DNA from: Dicyema japonicum
Lineage: Eukaryota > Animalia > Dicyemida
Length of the DNA stretch: 64,000 bases
Assembly: GCA_011109175.1 (NCBI GenBank)
Contig: RDEW01000013.1
Location: 475,476 to 539,475 of the forward strand
Reading direction: 5' to 3'
Shown here: piece by piece, positions 41,600-55,540 of the stretch
How positions within the stretch are numbered: the stretch's first letter is position 1
Layout: each line of letters starts with the position of its first letter
Notes under the pieces: generated by a model
Told to the model about the DNA's origin: nothing
Database searches by the model: none
The model's input: only the letters and a program-made list of their open reading frames with translations
Made by a program: the position numbers and the translations under genes

Positions 41600-43060
41600 T
41601 TCTTGGGAAATCAGATAACAAGATTAGCATGATGGAGGCATGACAGTCGTCTCTGGGGCTGGATGATGTCAAGAGAAATCTTATTGTCGAAAACCATAAT
41701 GTTTGTGATCATGCTTTCCCAACCAATTTGTGTTCTCTTTCAGCCATCATCGAAGATTTCACTTGTCTCTCTGAAGCTAGAAGGATGTCTGGAATAGTTT
41801 ATGTTGCGAAACATAGATTTGGGAGGATCCCTAGAGGTGGATGGGGCCTTATCCTTAATCAGCTCAATGCGAAATATTCGAAGAGTTCATTTCTGTGTCA
41901 GCTGAAAAAGATGGTCAAACAAATAAAATTTCAGAAAGTTTCTAGAACTTAAGTTCCAAATTAAGTCAATCCCGAGGGATTCTTGAAAACCAACACCCAA
42001 AATTCAGATTAAGTATATCAGAGTTAATATCCTGTTGGGACTAAATTCTGCTATTTATTATATTACGTAAGATGACCCTCCTCAAGATGAGATAACCTAT
42101 ATTATTTACGCAGTGTGCATATATGGCTTTAACTGCCAAGGTTAAGCCGCAGAGTACGTGGTTGGAGATCGTGAGAAGATCTCAAATCTGTCAGCAGAAC
42201 TAGAACTTGTCAATCGATTTTCCAGACAGGCTCTCCCTGTGTGTGAAAAACAAATGGTTATGGAAGTTATTTTTGGCTATAAATACAGAAGCGCGTAAAA
42301 GGGCGAGCTTGACAAGATTGAAGCTTTACTATGTGACCTGATCAGAATTAAGAAAAAGCAAATAGCTTTACATTATTTGAAGAAGGACTTCTATAAGGAC
42401 AACTGTTGTTTGAATTAAATCTAAGAAGATTTTATCGAACCTATTAGCCAGCAATACGTTATACGGTTTCGATGATGAGGAGTGTATATCATTTCCGGGA
42501 ATGAGTGTGGTCTAAAAGAAATGAGATGCCTGTATCATATGACTGTGTTGGTAAAGTAAATACTGGTGTCGAGGGCATGTTGTCAGATTTCACGAATAAA
42601 TTTATCTTGGATGTTATTAAATGGCTCCCTGACTGGAAGGTGTGTGGATGGGATCTTTATTAAGAAAGTGGAATCTACATGGTTTTTTAAGTACTGAGAT
42701 TAATTGGATTATTAATGGGAATATATGCCTGAAATTTGGTTTATACTGAAATAATTTATTTAATGCATAAAAAAGATGATTGTTACGTTTTATTACGTGC
42801 AATTAACTTGTTTAATGCCAAAATTACAGATTTTGTGAATCGTTTGGTCTATTATCAGACAATCAGCTGGAGACTAGGAAACATTGCCATGGCGCTAAGA
42901 CGCCATTTATTTTGCTTGGTTTGGTATGAGGAAGACCTTTGATTCTGTCGACCATGAATTTTTATTTTATGTATTGGACTGTTCTGAAACACCTCACTGG
43001 ATTGTTAACTTAGTAAAGACCATAGTCAAGAAGTGGATTGCAAATCTTCAATTTTTGACT
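41600..43060 (+). mobile_element. Highly degraded R4-like element, 5' part
   Basis: FGRIPRGGW, WFYTEIIYL, RKTFDSVDHEFL..PHWIVNL, homologous to 56200-59760. Confidence 0.65.
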
Positions 43061-43069
43061 GTAAATCTC

Positions 43070-44230
43070 AGTCAATTTATTTCGATATTTATTTATTATG
43101 TGAATAATTTTACTGAAAATTGATTCACATAAATTTTCCCAAACATTGAGTTTATAAGCATTTGTAAGTATATTCGGATATTTTTCTTTTGGAAGTAAAC
43201 TATAAAATTCCATCAAATTATCAATCTTGAGAACTGAGGTAAACATCTGATTGAAGATCTATCAATTCCAATTGGGATGATGGTAGAGCATTCTTAGGAT
43301 TTATATTAAAAGGTCCTGCAAAAATTTTCATTGATGGCAAAATTTCATCAAAATTCTTAAAATAAACATAATCTAAACAAGCCTTAGAGCTTTTTTCAAA
43401 TTCTACAATAAGGTGATAAAGGCAGTATATTTTTAAAATGAACCGCTGGCTTTATTTTCGCTTAAAAGAGTGAAATGGTCGTATTTTTGAGTGCTATTTG
43501 ATCTCTCCAAAGATTTAACATAAAAGAAGCAATTGATCCATACAGTTGATGACAAAATTTGTATTGCCCCTGTAGTTCACAATTCAACGAGGATAAAATG
43601 ATAGATCGACCCAAAAAAGCTGAATCGGCAATCCACTCCTTGCTGTTCAACATGATATTTGTGGTCTTTAACAAATTATCTTATTGAGGGAGTAGTTCAT
43701 AAAATATACGTTTTATTCGAACTTTAAGCCACAAGGAACGACTAAACCATCGAACTGTGGTATGATAAAGCACATCACTATGGACTGTGTCAATTTACAT
43801 TAATATTTTTTAAATCTCCTGTGATTGAGAAATTTACCACGTTCACAATAGACAACACCGTACTTATTACGTTTGCATTTTAGGTGACTTTGCTATAATA
43901 TTCTCCTGATGTATGAGACAATGCTGCCAATATATAGGATCAAGATTTTTTTCAAGTCTCCATTCAGAAATAAGTCACTAAACCCTTTATTACGACCAAT
44001 CATATTGACCCCCCATGAGTACAAATAGAAATTAATTTCGAAGGATCAATGTCAAATTCTTTAATACTTTCAAGGAATTTGTTAAGCACATCAATTCCTA
44101 TTGTAAAGCCTTTTAATGAACGAAGAAAAAAAAATTCTTCATAAATTTTAAAATCCGAAGTGACACCTCTTGTGCATATTATTTTTATAGGCACGTACGT
44201 GATGCCAAGATCATGACAAAGAATTTGCAA
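43070..44230 (-). mobile_element. hAT (GTF2IRD2/SPIN-like) transposase remnant
   Basis: ISICTHGG, CLIHQE, YHTTVRWFSR, WIADSAFL, LPKEKYPNI. Confidence 0.75.
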
Positions 44231-44239
44231 CACGAAAGG

Positions 44240-47200
44240 TAATTAACATCACCCATCTTTTTCGATCCATTGCCGTAGCATATCTAGACCATCCCCATCT
44301 TAAAGGCACTTAATCTTCCTGAGATCTTCATCTAGGATTACCGGCAGTGTTGTCCTCGGCCGGCCACGGAAACGCGAAGCCTCTAAAATAAAATACTCCT
44401 ACATTGCTATGTTGGTAGGAGTCTCCATCGTGTCGAGTAAGTGTCCAAACAGCCTCCATCTTGAATCAGTAATATCACATGATATTGGCTCAGTTCCAGT
44501 TCTTTTGTATAAGATTTCGGACTGGAAGAAAGAAGTGCTCGGAGATGATTTCTGTGGAAAGAATTCAACTTTTTGAGTTTCTGCTTTGTACATGCCTATG
44601 TACCGGCATTATATAATAGGATTGGCCTCACTAAGGCATTGTATAGTCTCATTCGAGTTTTAGTGTCAAGCCCTTTTTGCAGAAGCCAAGTCTTCTTCAT
44701 TTTGTTGAATGCGACGTTAGATAGTGTCTTTATTCTTGTTATATCTTCGGTGACACCGAGATGGGATCCTATTTTTTGATCTGCGTCAGTGCTCCTAGGT
44801 CCTTTCCTTACTTCTTTTTAGCTCCGTGATTTCGGTTTTGTTTGTGTTTACTTTTAATGACCATTCAGCCATTTTGTCATGCATTTTCTCAAAAAGTGTA
44901 ATTAACTCTTTTGTCATTCGAAATAAAGTCCACGTCATCCGCATATGCTATTATGCTCTTTCCTTCTCCGATATGAGGCTTCAAGTCTCGTAGAACTGCC
45001 TTCAGATAAATAATAAACAAATCTGGGATAATGGATTTCCTTGAGGGGTACCAATTGTCGTTTCAAATGTCTTCGATAAAGCTTTCCTAGTCCTGATCAT
45101 CAAACTTGTGTCCTTCAAGAGTGTCCTGACCATCCTAATCGTTGAGCCGTCCAAGAAGTGCTCCAGTATTTGCAGAACTTGTTCCTGTTGACGTAATCAA
45201 AGGCCTTTGACATATCAATCCCATATTGGTTGTCGTTATTTTAAATTTTTGAACAGTCGCACTTCTCCATTTGTGGCTCCGAATAACATCTGAGTTAATC
45301 TCCCTTTGCGGAAGCCACTTTGATAAGCCGACAGGTACGAGTCTAGGCGTCCCTCAATTCTTTGAAGCGAAATATTGGATAGTATCTTCTGCAATGTGTT
45401 GGTTAAGACCACTGGTCTTAAGTTCTCAACTTTCCCCGCTTTTTTGTTTGGTTTCTTTACTGGTCCTTCTCTAAGTAGCAAGGTGGTTCCTTTACTATAC
45501 GTTTCGTTTAGAATCCAGGCAATTATCTTGTATAGTTTTTGCGTTCCATATTTAAAAATTAACTATATAAGCCATCTGAACCGGGACTCTATTGTCTTTC
45601 ACTTTGAAACTTGCTGTCATCACTTCTTCCAAAGTTATTTCTTCGTCTAATTTTCCCTGATCCGTGTTAATTGTGAGTTTTTTTGCTATTTTTGATACGA
45701 ATTGTGCTTCAAAATAGTCCGCTATAAGTTCTGTAACTTCTTGTTGGTTAGCAATATGTTTTCCTTCTTCATCTCGTAAAGTCAGTGTTTTCCTTAGTAG
45801 TTTTCTGATTTACCCGACAGCTTCATAAAACTTTGCATTGTATTATTATTATTACCCCCAGGATCACTGGGTCAAAAAGAAAGAAATAAAAGTTCTCATC
45901 TAACTAAGTGATCCCAGACCGACAAAGGAGAGGATGAGTCCGGCGGGGTCAAAAGTCCTGAACAGCCCTTCTCATTGGACATGACATCGGCTCAAAATTT
46001 CTGTATGATTGTAGATATTTCGATAGTGTATGGAATAGAGGGCAGCTCCGTAAACTAGCCTCTTTTAAGAGTTTCCTTTGTAATTAGATTAAGAAATTTT
46101 CAATGGGCTGGATTTTGTTTTCTGGTCCAATTAACCTTATTGCAGTCTCCTCGATTGCGGATAGTTTCAATGAGGAGGATCGTGAAATCTGCATTGCCCA
46201 TGAAGGACTTGCATACGTCATCGTTGGTCAGATAAATTGTTCATAAATCGTGGCAAGGACACCTGTTTGGTTTTTAAGTGTTTTTGAGAGCATTTTTAAA
46301 ATTCTCATTTTCTTCAGAGCAGAAGTTACTTTGTTTATAACATGTCGGATAAAGGTGAGTCCCTGATCAAAGGTAACTCCCAGAATCTTCGGTGTTTTGT
46401 TGATAGGAATAGCCTCGTTCTTCATAAAGATTTTTGGTTCGTTACATAGCTGTCTTTTGTAAGTGGTAAACAGCGTGAAAGAGGACTTTATTGCTGATGT
46501 GTCGAGTCTCCGCTTCGAAAGCCATAGTTCCAGCTTTTCAAGCATTTGTTGAGCGGACTGAGTCGCTGATTCTGTCCTTGAAGGCAAGAATGATATCGTC
46601 GGCATAGGAGAGGATTAGGCAGTTTTCATTACAGGTTTGTGGCATGTCGTTTATTTAGATATTGAAGAGTTGGGGTGATAGTGGGGAGCCTTGAGGGACT
46701 CCATTTGGGAAGTAACGAGATCTTAATGTTGTTTCAGAGTACTTGTGCTCGTCTTCCATTTAAGAAATTCCAAGCCAAAGTTTCAAGTTCGAATGAATGT
46801 TGGTTTCAAATATTTTTGTTGTAAGGAGTTTCCTAAGGACTGAGTCGAACGCTTTTGTGATCTCCACGGATAGAATCCGTGTTGGGTCGGAGGTATTGAG
46901 ATTGAGTCTTGTATTTTTTCCAAAACAAGCCTTTCAAGTATCTTTGAGACCGGACTTAGGATAGATATTGGGCGGTAGGAAGATGGTTCATCTTTTGGTT
47001 TGTTGGGTTTTTAAATAGGTCTGATTAGAGACTTCTTCCATATTTCAGGGATTGTATTTGTGTTAATGGATAGGTTGAAGATATAGGCTAATAGTTCCAG
47101 GGTTCGATGGCCTAGGTGCTTCAGTTCACATGTGGTTATGTTGTCTGGTCCTTTGGCCTCTGAGTTGTTGGCTTTGGGTATGGCTCTGCGAACATCCTGA

Positions 47201-49385
47201 CTAGTAAATAGGGTCCAGTCATCGGAGCGTTTCGGTTCAATTTTTTTCAGGAATACTTGGTGTTCTTTTGAAAACTTCTTTGTTTTAGATAGACGCATAA
47301 TATTTTTCAGAGTGTCTGGTTTTATGTAGACTTCGACTTTTCTCTCTGGGGAGGATCTTTTGATGTTCTTGATCCACTTCCACACTATCTGCATTGGGGG
47401 GTTTTGCAGAGAGCCTTTGATAGTCTCGTCCATCTATTTGAATTTTCTTCCTTTATGTTGTTGTCGATCTCTTTGTTCAATTTTTGTATTTTTTTAATGT
47501 TCTCTTCTGTTGGCGATTTTACCATCTTTAGATTATTTCGTTCTCTGATCAGATGTTTCGTCGTTGTGTTGAAAAGTTTTGATAATGTAGGTTGTCTCCC
47601 CATATGAATGTACTTCCTTTTCGCAGCGTTTATGGTTGTGAACTATTTACTAATTGTTCGACGGAGGGAGGAGTGGGAAAATTTAATAGTCCAATACAAT
47701 TATCGACGTAATCCTTAAATCTTTTCCAATTCGCAAGGCTGTAATTAGTTATCTTTGGACATTGTCCTTTTATCCGTTACCTCGTTTTGACCTCCAAAAA
47801 TATTGGATTGTGGTCACTCCTGGGGTTATATTTCACTGACCAGTAAATAAGAGGGGTCAAGGACGGTGATGACAGTGAGATGTTCGCATTGAAGTCACCA
47901 CAGATAATCACATCCTTCAGTGATGCGAGTGGAGTGAGTCTGGAAGCACTGGACGAGCAGAAACTCAACGGTGGGAGATATGCGTTGACAAGTATTATTG
48001 ATAGTCTTGGGAATCCTACTTTGGTAACCAAAAGTCGAGATTTCCACATCCTTTAAGCATAGTGTAGGCACTGTTAGTTAAGTTCTCAAACGGAATGCCG
48101 CGAAAAACCCCCACCAAGTTTGCAAATTCTGTTACGGCGAATTACTGTGAATCCCGGAAATACTGGTGTTGAGTTCTTCGTGAAAAATTAGACTCTTGAA
48201 TTAGCAACATGTCGATGTGATTTTCTTTCACAAATGTCCGAAGTTCGAGTATCTTGTTCTTGATTTCATTTACGTTGAGTTGGACTATTCTGACTGGTCC
48301 AGGGTTTGCCTTAATGTTTCCGAAGCGGCGCAGGTCTTCCTTATTAGTCCACCTGTGAAGATAGAGGAAAAAGTGGTTCTTTTTTTCTAATGCCACCGCG
48401 TCGTCGGCGAGCCACATGACATTTTTTTACTTCGCATTGTTTTTAATGCCTTCGATTTTCTATATTTTAGTTATTGTTTCGTTCTTTAATATTTAACGTG
48501 CAGCTTTTCTTATTTTCTAATTGATGACTGTTCTTTCCTTTGTACTGCTGTTTCGTATTTTTGTCATCTGTATTTATACATTTTTGCTGATTAGCAAAGA
48601 GTTTCAAAGCGGTTCTTTCTTCAGTGGGTGTGTTAGTTACATAGTCCTCTTTTAGATATATATCCACAGCAAACATGGTCTTATGTTTGACCAAGGTCCA
48701 ATTTGCGGTGCCAAATCTATTGATATTTCTTCCAATCCCTCATCCAGGTATTTTCTAAATTCCTTTCCCTGGATAGTATTGTTCTTTAGGTGGTCTATAA
48801 CGTATCCCTTCCCCCGAAGTTTTGTGTGTCCATTGCACTTTCTTTTCATCTCTTGCAAACCCATAAGTTTCTTTAAGGACATTTTGGCAATAACCATCTT
48901 GTGATCGTTGTCAATTATAGACCCTCCATAAGCACGGGCATCAGTGACAATACCGTAGTCTTTTTGTCTGCAAATAATGCGCAATGCTTCCGTCAGACTT
49001 GGTTCTATTGCCTGACCAAATTGTCCTGTGTTTTGCCGAGTGCATAAATGCCGGGTTACAAAGGAATAGGTTATTTTCCTTGACAAAAACTGGCTAACAA
49101 GGTTCTTGCAATGTTTTTTTTCCTCTTCCATGTCTTCCAATGAATGATTTTTCAATAGTGATTCGATTTCCAACTTTTGCATTAAGATCACCAAATTGGA
49201 ATATGAATACAACTCTGGGATTTGGGGAATCTCTAAACGGGAAATGGACCTCTTTGATCCATCCACTATGTGGAGCATATGCGTTAATAATAGTAAGATA
49301 ACTTTTCGGAAAATTATGATCGTCCAATGCTATTTGTAAAATCCCAATCCTTTCATTGATAGTCCAGTGACAGTATATGTGCTTG
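44240..49385 (-). mobile_element. RTE-like LINE split by a Vingi insertion
   Basis: APE (IINAYAP, GDLNAKVG, DHKMV) at 48430-49385; RT (LRPVVL, YQSGFRKG, AYADDVDF, LFGHLL) at 44240-45840. Confidence 0.82.
45842..48428 (-). mobile_element. Vingi-like LINE with both ends present (degenerate ORF)
   Basis: TSD ACTTTGCATTGT / ACTTCGCATTGT (45830-45841 / 48429-48440); MW start, GNIKANPGP, APE (LLIQES, GDFNA, SDHNPI), RT (GVPQGSPLSP, SYADD); TAA tail. Confidence 0.92.
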
Positions 49386-49394
49386 ACTAGGTAA

Positions 49395-49790
49395 ATTAAC
49401 TGTTCTTTACTTAAATAAAGTGTGTGTCCTGCCTATGCGGAGCTATAAATACTATGGCTCTCGTGAAAAGGCTTTAAAAAAAGTATCTCGCGAATCCTTT
49501 GGGGGTCTGCGGATCACAGGTTGAGAACCACTGATTTAAGTAAAGAACAATTAATTTTAACTAATCGTAGAACCAAGGAATTATCTTCACATCTTTTTTT
49601 CTTTTTCTTGTGTGTGGGTCCTTTCTAGACAATCCAGTTCCGCAGTGAATATCCACTAATGACGGCGTCACTTGTCAAACCCTTTTAGCATCATAGATGC
49701 GTGGAACCTTCCACCATGTGAACAGTAGCGAAAATCGAACCTGTAACCTAAGTCACTTTAGCCCAACATCTAACCATTATGCCATTCGGC
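49395..49790. mobile_element. Family B SINE pieces (tail on + at 49395-49480; head and core on - at 49535-49790) around a hAT end
   Basis: GCCTATGCGGAGC..GGCTCTCGTGAAAAGGC; GGTTGAGAACCACTG at 49519-49533; reverse tRNA head. Confidence 0.8.
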
Positions 49791-49879
49791 TATGAATAGT
49801 TAGTCTATTTAAAAAATATTGACGTCTATAATATATCGAGTTTTTATTGTTTGACTCTATGAAATAAATAAAAAATATA

Positions 49880-50538
49880 ATTAAAATAATTAATTAACAC
49901 GGCCATCCATCCAAAGGATTTAAACCCATCAGATCTGATAGAGTCACTGATATAGATGTTTTGATGAGATGTTAACCAGAAACATGGAAACTCTCATTTT
50001 TGGCAATAATCATTGCAATTTTATAAGATGTAATTAGTCCTCCTAAATATAATTTAAAATAACAACAACTAATGTTTCTTTCATTACTATTTGTAAAAAC
50101 AGTTTCAATCGTTTTTTGTTTACGAAAAGAATCCTTTAATTATTCAAAATACTCTAATGGTTTATATTTTTATCCAATGTTTTCTCCTAAGACGATCCAA
50201 CAATTTGGACAGTTTCATTGCATCATTTGATAATGACTTATTACACAGTAAACAATATGGTCTTTTATCAAAAGAATTTTTGATAAATCCAAATGCCAAA
50301 TATTCATTTTTATATTGACGAATTTTTAATGTAGAAGGACGACTCATACACGAACAAAAACAAGCATAGTAATTTTAAAAATTTTAAAGAACAAAGGTTT
50401 ACCACTTTAAAAATAAACTAACTTAATTTAAAATGAAAAAAAATTAAATATATTAAATTTATTTTCGACCCCTCACGATCGATCTGGATTGATTTTAGAC
50501 CCCTGGGGGTCGAATCGACCACAGGTTGAGAACCGCTG
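49880..50538 (-). mobile_element. hAT Buster/ZBED-like 5' fragment
   Basis: RQYKNEYLAFGF..PYCLLCNKSLSNDAMK BED finger; terminus GGTTGAGAACCGCTG|CTCTAAAG. Confidence 0.8.
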
Positions 50539-50699
50539 CTCTAAAGCATGCTAATTGAACACAAACACGGGATGAAGGTTTCTGATTAAGAGTACACCTT
50601 TGCTATGTCTCAACTTGTGGAACTGGACAACAAATCAGTTAACAAAACTGGTCAATTCATCTCAGTAGGCCTGAATATCTCAAAATCACACGAGAAAAC

Positions 50700-51210
50700 C
50701 GTGCTGATCTCTGGATCAAGAGAAAGTTTTTGACTCAGTATCCCGGAAGATCCTTACGGCAAAAATTTTTATTTCGTGATTGCAGTGAATCCTGGATCCT
50801 CTCCTTTCACTCACTCATCAGTGGACCTGGTAACCGTGAGAACCTAAAAGAAAATTGGAATTCTCAAAGTTTTTACGCTCTTTTAGTATCTTCCTGCCCA
50901 TCATTAGAGCTTCTATACAAACAATTTGTTCTACCGAGTATCGAATACGCCTGTGTTGCATGGATTGCACAGAGCAAGCTGGAAGTGTTACAAAATAGAT
51001 GTCTCAGAATATTATTGAGATCGTCAAAAGACGTCCAATTCGTTACTACGGAGTAAACTAAACGCCACCGGGCTTCCCTTAAGATGGCAAAGTCCACTAA
51101 CCATCGGCTCGGGCCGGACATCAAAAAAGGACTGGTATGGACACCTGGATCACTTAAATATACGATAACTACTATCCTCTTTTTCGTGATTTCGGGGTTA
51201 AAAAATTAAA
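50700..51210 (+). mobile_element. Vingi-like 3' fragment
   Basis: LYKQFVLPSIEYACVAW..LQNRCLRIL; CTGGATCACTTAA..CGGGGTTAAA tail. Confidence 0.7.
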
Positions 51211-51678
51211 CTGACAGCTCGACTCTGCCAAACATTGGAAATTAAAGAAATACTCAGGAATCGGAAATCGGTTTCGATTTGTTCCAATCTCCTTTGATAT
51301 TAGTAAACGATTCATCAATGAAATTTGTAATGGAATTGTGACGCGACTCCGAAATCCCCGTGAACTAAGATAGATATTAAAATCACTTGGAGCTTGATTT
51401 GTATCAATTGCTTAAATATTGAGTTACAAAACTTATGTGCATTTAATTGGATACTAATCATTTAATTAAAATCCATAATTATTTTCCTTTGTCCAATTTA
51501 TTTTTTAAGGATGTGCATTCTTCTCTTTGGAGTTTTGTTGGGAATGTTATATTTGAGGCCACATTTATCAATAATTCCATCTGTTTATTATACATAAAAG
51601 TACTCATTCACTTGTTATCTCAATATGCTCTCCTTTAATTATATAAATTTGTAGTAATTTTCATTATCAGATTCAAGA

Positions 51679-52606
51679 ATGATTATAATAGTTTTATTAC
51701 TGAATTTTATGAAAACAGGTTATTTTACTATTAATTTGGAGAAAGCCATGAAATGCGATGGAAATGCCGAATGGACAAGTGCTACTACTATCATTCAACT
51801 CCCTTAAATTATGAGAATGCAAAGTCTTTCTGTGAAAGCTATGGAATGAATTTGGTTACAATCACAAACGAGGAAGAAAATAATTTAATTCACGGTACTA
51901 TTACTAGTAATTGACAGGGATTGTTGAGAATATTAATATAAACGTGTGGATTAACTACAATTCAGTTATTTCACTAATTAAATTATAGGGCGGATACTCA
52001 AGCTGGCAAGAACACCAAGTTAACAGTGATGGCTGCACAGTCATGAATGAATGTGCTAAATGGGAAAATATTGATTGCATCAAATCAAGAGCAACTATTT
52101 GCCAAGTTCCGAGTATATTCTTTGATGTATGTTTTAGGGGAGAGAGTTGTGTGCAACTGTTTAGGCTCCACCTCAGGATATTGTTACTTGTATTTCAAGA
52201 ATGGAACGGGGGTAAGTACCTCATCCAATAGATGTACTCAAATTTCCTCAACATTGTTGGTTGTGGAGAATGAGGCAGAGAACAACTTCATTTATGGTAC
52301 TAATGATTATTATTATGATACTTTTATGGCATCAACCACGGAAAATGTAATTTTGGGAATTCAAAATGTAAACAATAATTACGTCTCCTTGACCAATAAA
52401 CAAACTGTTAGCTTTTTGCATTAATTACAGTCATATTTCAATTGGGGACGGTATGAGCCAATATACTACAAATGTGCTGAGATTAAAAAATGTGGGTATT
52501 GGAGATCTGTGGAGTGTAGTGAGAGACGCGATTACATTTGCAAAATCGAAGGTATAATATTACTAATATAGCCACCTACGGTGAATTATGCAATGCACAT
52601 CAATGA
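51679..52606 (+). CDS. Probably secreted protein with two C-type lectin-like domains
   Basis: Spliced: MIIIVLLLNF signal-like; KCYYY..AKSFCESYGMNLVTITNEEENNLI..VWI..WENIDC..ICQ; second domain CYLYF..ENEAENNFI..YFNWGRYEP..WRSVEC..YICK. Confidence 0.85.
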
Positions 52607-52679
52607 TTAATAAAACTAATAATATTAATAAACTAATTTCCTTCATTAAATTAATATTTTCTAATAAAATTAGTTTATT

Positions 52680-53164
52680 TTAAAAATCATCTTCATTCTT
52701 TTGCATTCTCTATTAATATTTTCAATATAAATACTTTTTTAAGAGTTATCCTTTCATTGTCCCACAAATACATTACATTACTTGTAATTTTGTCATTTTT
52801 ATATTGCTTAAAATAATTTGTCTTTAATACTTTTTTCTACTATATTAAATATAAACTTACTAAAATAGAACAATGATTAGTCGATATATACAAATTTGAT
52901 TCATCATTTAAGTTAGTTATGGAAGATCGTTTCAATTCAATGTTATTTGCCCAATATTTTGTACAATCGAATAAAACAATATCTCCTTGGTTTACCCGTT
53001 CTATTCCACTTAAAATAATAATAAACTAAACTTTAAATGAGATTTTTTAAACTTATAAGTACATCCATAATCTAAGCTGTAATGTCATATTATACTTTAT
53101 ACCATTTAATACAACCAAATTTACCAATATTATTATAAAACATTACACAACCTAATACTTTCAT
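52680..53164 (-). CDS. Divergent cold-shock-domain-like protein (~128 aa, 4 introns of 26, 23, 24 and 25 nt)
   Basis: Spliced MKVLGCVMFYNNIGKFGCIKC..HLNGIERVNQGDIVLFDC..WANNIEL, colinear with CSD consensus KVLGTVKWFN..GYGFI..GETVEFDV..AANV; open frame after splicing. Confidence 0.65.
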
Positions 53165-53284
53165 TAATTTAAATTAATTAATTAAATAACAAATTATTGA
53201 CTCAATAACTTATAACAACTCTTTTAATATTACCACTTCTACTTCATCTTCGCCAACTGTTGACTGAATGATGGAAGTTACTGA

Positions 53285-53600
53285 CCGTCACAAAACTTTC
53301 GCTCCTCTTTATCCTCGGTTGACAGACAAGAGGCCTGAAAGTCCCTAGTTCAAATCCTGATGCTGTACATTCGGATGAAGACTCCACGCATTTTAATGCT
53401 CTGACTTGATGAGTTACGACGTCATCAGTGAACATTTCACTCCGAAATCGGATTGTCTACATACATAAACCCAATAAAAAGAAAAAAAGAAGTAAAGAGC
53501 ATTTGTTGGCTCTCCCTCATAGATTAGTTATAATAACTGTTCTTTACTTAAATAAAGTGCGTATCCTGCCTGAGCGAAGTTATAGATAATATGCCTCCAC
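53285..53600 (+). mobile_element. Degraded family B SINE
   Basis: GTTCAAATCC B-box; CGTCATCAGTGAACATTTCACT core; TAACTGTTCTTTACTTAAATAAAGTG. Confidence 0.75.
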
Positions 53601-53819
53601 GTATAAGTGCAGTTCAGTTAATCCTCATATGAACATCAGACAGGACCTCGGGTCTGTTTCTGCATAAAACACTATTCCTCCAAACTTGCTGAATTACAAG
53701 CGATTCAAAATGTCTTAATCTGTGGTGATCTGAATGTCAAAGATCCGCTTTGACTAACTGGTCAAGAATACAATGATAGGAGTAGTAGGTCAATTTTCCC
53801 AATAAAATGCCATTTTCTT

Positions 53820-55540
53820 CAGTGAAGGGTCAATTTTCATTAATCAGAATGGTGATCGTGATTCGCTCAAATAACCAACAGCGCTCACGAGGGTTCCGTG
53901 TAAAATCCGATAGACGACTTAGAACGAACAAAAAATCATTAAATAGAACCGTGTACCTTGGCAATTTCATCTCTCGGTCATCTTAGTGGCAGAACAGGCT
54001 CCAGATGTACTCAGGAGAAGGTTGCATGGGGCAAACATGTCGTTGCAGGTGACGTCTCAAACAAGAGGTTTCCCGGCTTCAAAGTGAAAGATTTTATCCT
54101 ATCTGGTTGTTTTCCGCCACACCTGCAAAGACCGACTGGTTTGAGCATGGAGAGGTGTCCGGCGGCGTCTAAAGCTTGTTCAAGGCCATGTATTCTTTTT
54201 GCAGAAAAGAGGGTGTAGGTCAAAACAGTCGATCTGATCTCCACACGGATGTGCAACAGAGACTTTTAATCCCAGTCGTAATGAGATCCCAATACGGACG
54301 CATTCATCATCCAGGAAGGTACCCAAAACTCCACTGGGAATTGCTTTGAGCCAGGTACCGCTCTCGGAAGACTCCCTCGACAACAAACAGGCACAGCGAT
54401 GTTGGCTAGATGACACTACCAAATCTTCGAAAGAATTCCGGCATATATCACCGTCCAGGCTCCACTGATAGAACGGGAAAGGCATGAAAAGCTGATAAAT
54501 ACGACTCCAGGCTTCACGAGCATGGCCAGAGTCCTGGCCAATATAGAATTCAGAAAGGAAGTTTAAATCTTCTTGACAAGGGCATACAAGCCATTAGCGA
54601 CGAGAGATATACAGGGAAAGAAACGTCTAAAGGGTTGCGAATTCCAAGCCTTTTGAGTTTCACTGGCAGTGTGGCTTGCTTCCATGAGTAATCCTCGAAC
54701 CGGACGTTAAAGATATGCTGTAGAACGGAAGATCTCGTCAATCTGTTCGAGTTGATCACACTGAGTAAAATATGGAACAGTCATCAGAACATGTGCAAGT
54801 CTCTGTACGTTGAGACTGTTTTTCAGGATGTTTGGTGATTTTCTCTGTTGCAAGACAAAACAATGGGATCCAATGAGATTTTCCTGTATACGAAGGAATT
54901 AAGTAGTCGCAAAAAGTAAGAACGAAGGTAGGCTGTATGACTGATCTAAAAATTCGAAAATATTAGGGTATCTCTCAATACACGCCTCCAGGATATTGTC
55001 CCTCCTTAGACTATTGAAGACATTCTTGTTCCTCCCATAAAAGAACGAATGTTGGTCCTCGTGGTGGTAGGAAAGACTCCTTTCCGTGACCATCTCGATC
55101 CAGTTCCAGTGCAGAAGGCGCAAAACTGAATAAACGCACCCAATCTCGTACTTCGTTAGTCCGGGGGCATCTTCGATCGTTTTGGAAAGGACTTCCGCAG
55201 CTTTAGGTCGTATGGCCCTGAGAATCCTCACAAGGATATTCCGCGAAAAACGTAACTCAGATATGAGGCGTAAGAATGTTTCTTGGTAATTAACGGAAGA
55301 GTTAACAGTGGCGCGCGCACGGGAAACCTCTCTGCATAGACCGAGACACGACTGGCAGTGTCATACTCCAAGCAAGCTCGCTGCGGCTTGGGATAGCTTG
55401 ATACACCCGAAATAGGAGAAATCTTTACAAGCAGAGCAAGAGATATTACGCTTCCGAGTTTTGACTAGCCGACAGGATGACAAATCTCAGATGGCTTGGC
55501 CGGTAAATTATTCCTCGAAGTGGGAACATTCTTTTTAGGT
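53820..55540 (-). mobile_element. CRE-like RLE non-LTR element, degraded
   Basis: QATLPVKLKRLGIR; SGTWLKAIPSGVLGTFLDDECVRIGISLRLG; KPVGLCRCGGKQPD. Confidence 0.78.
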
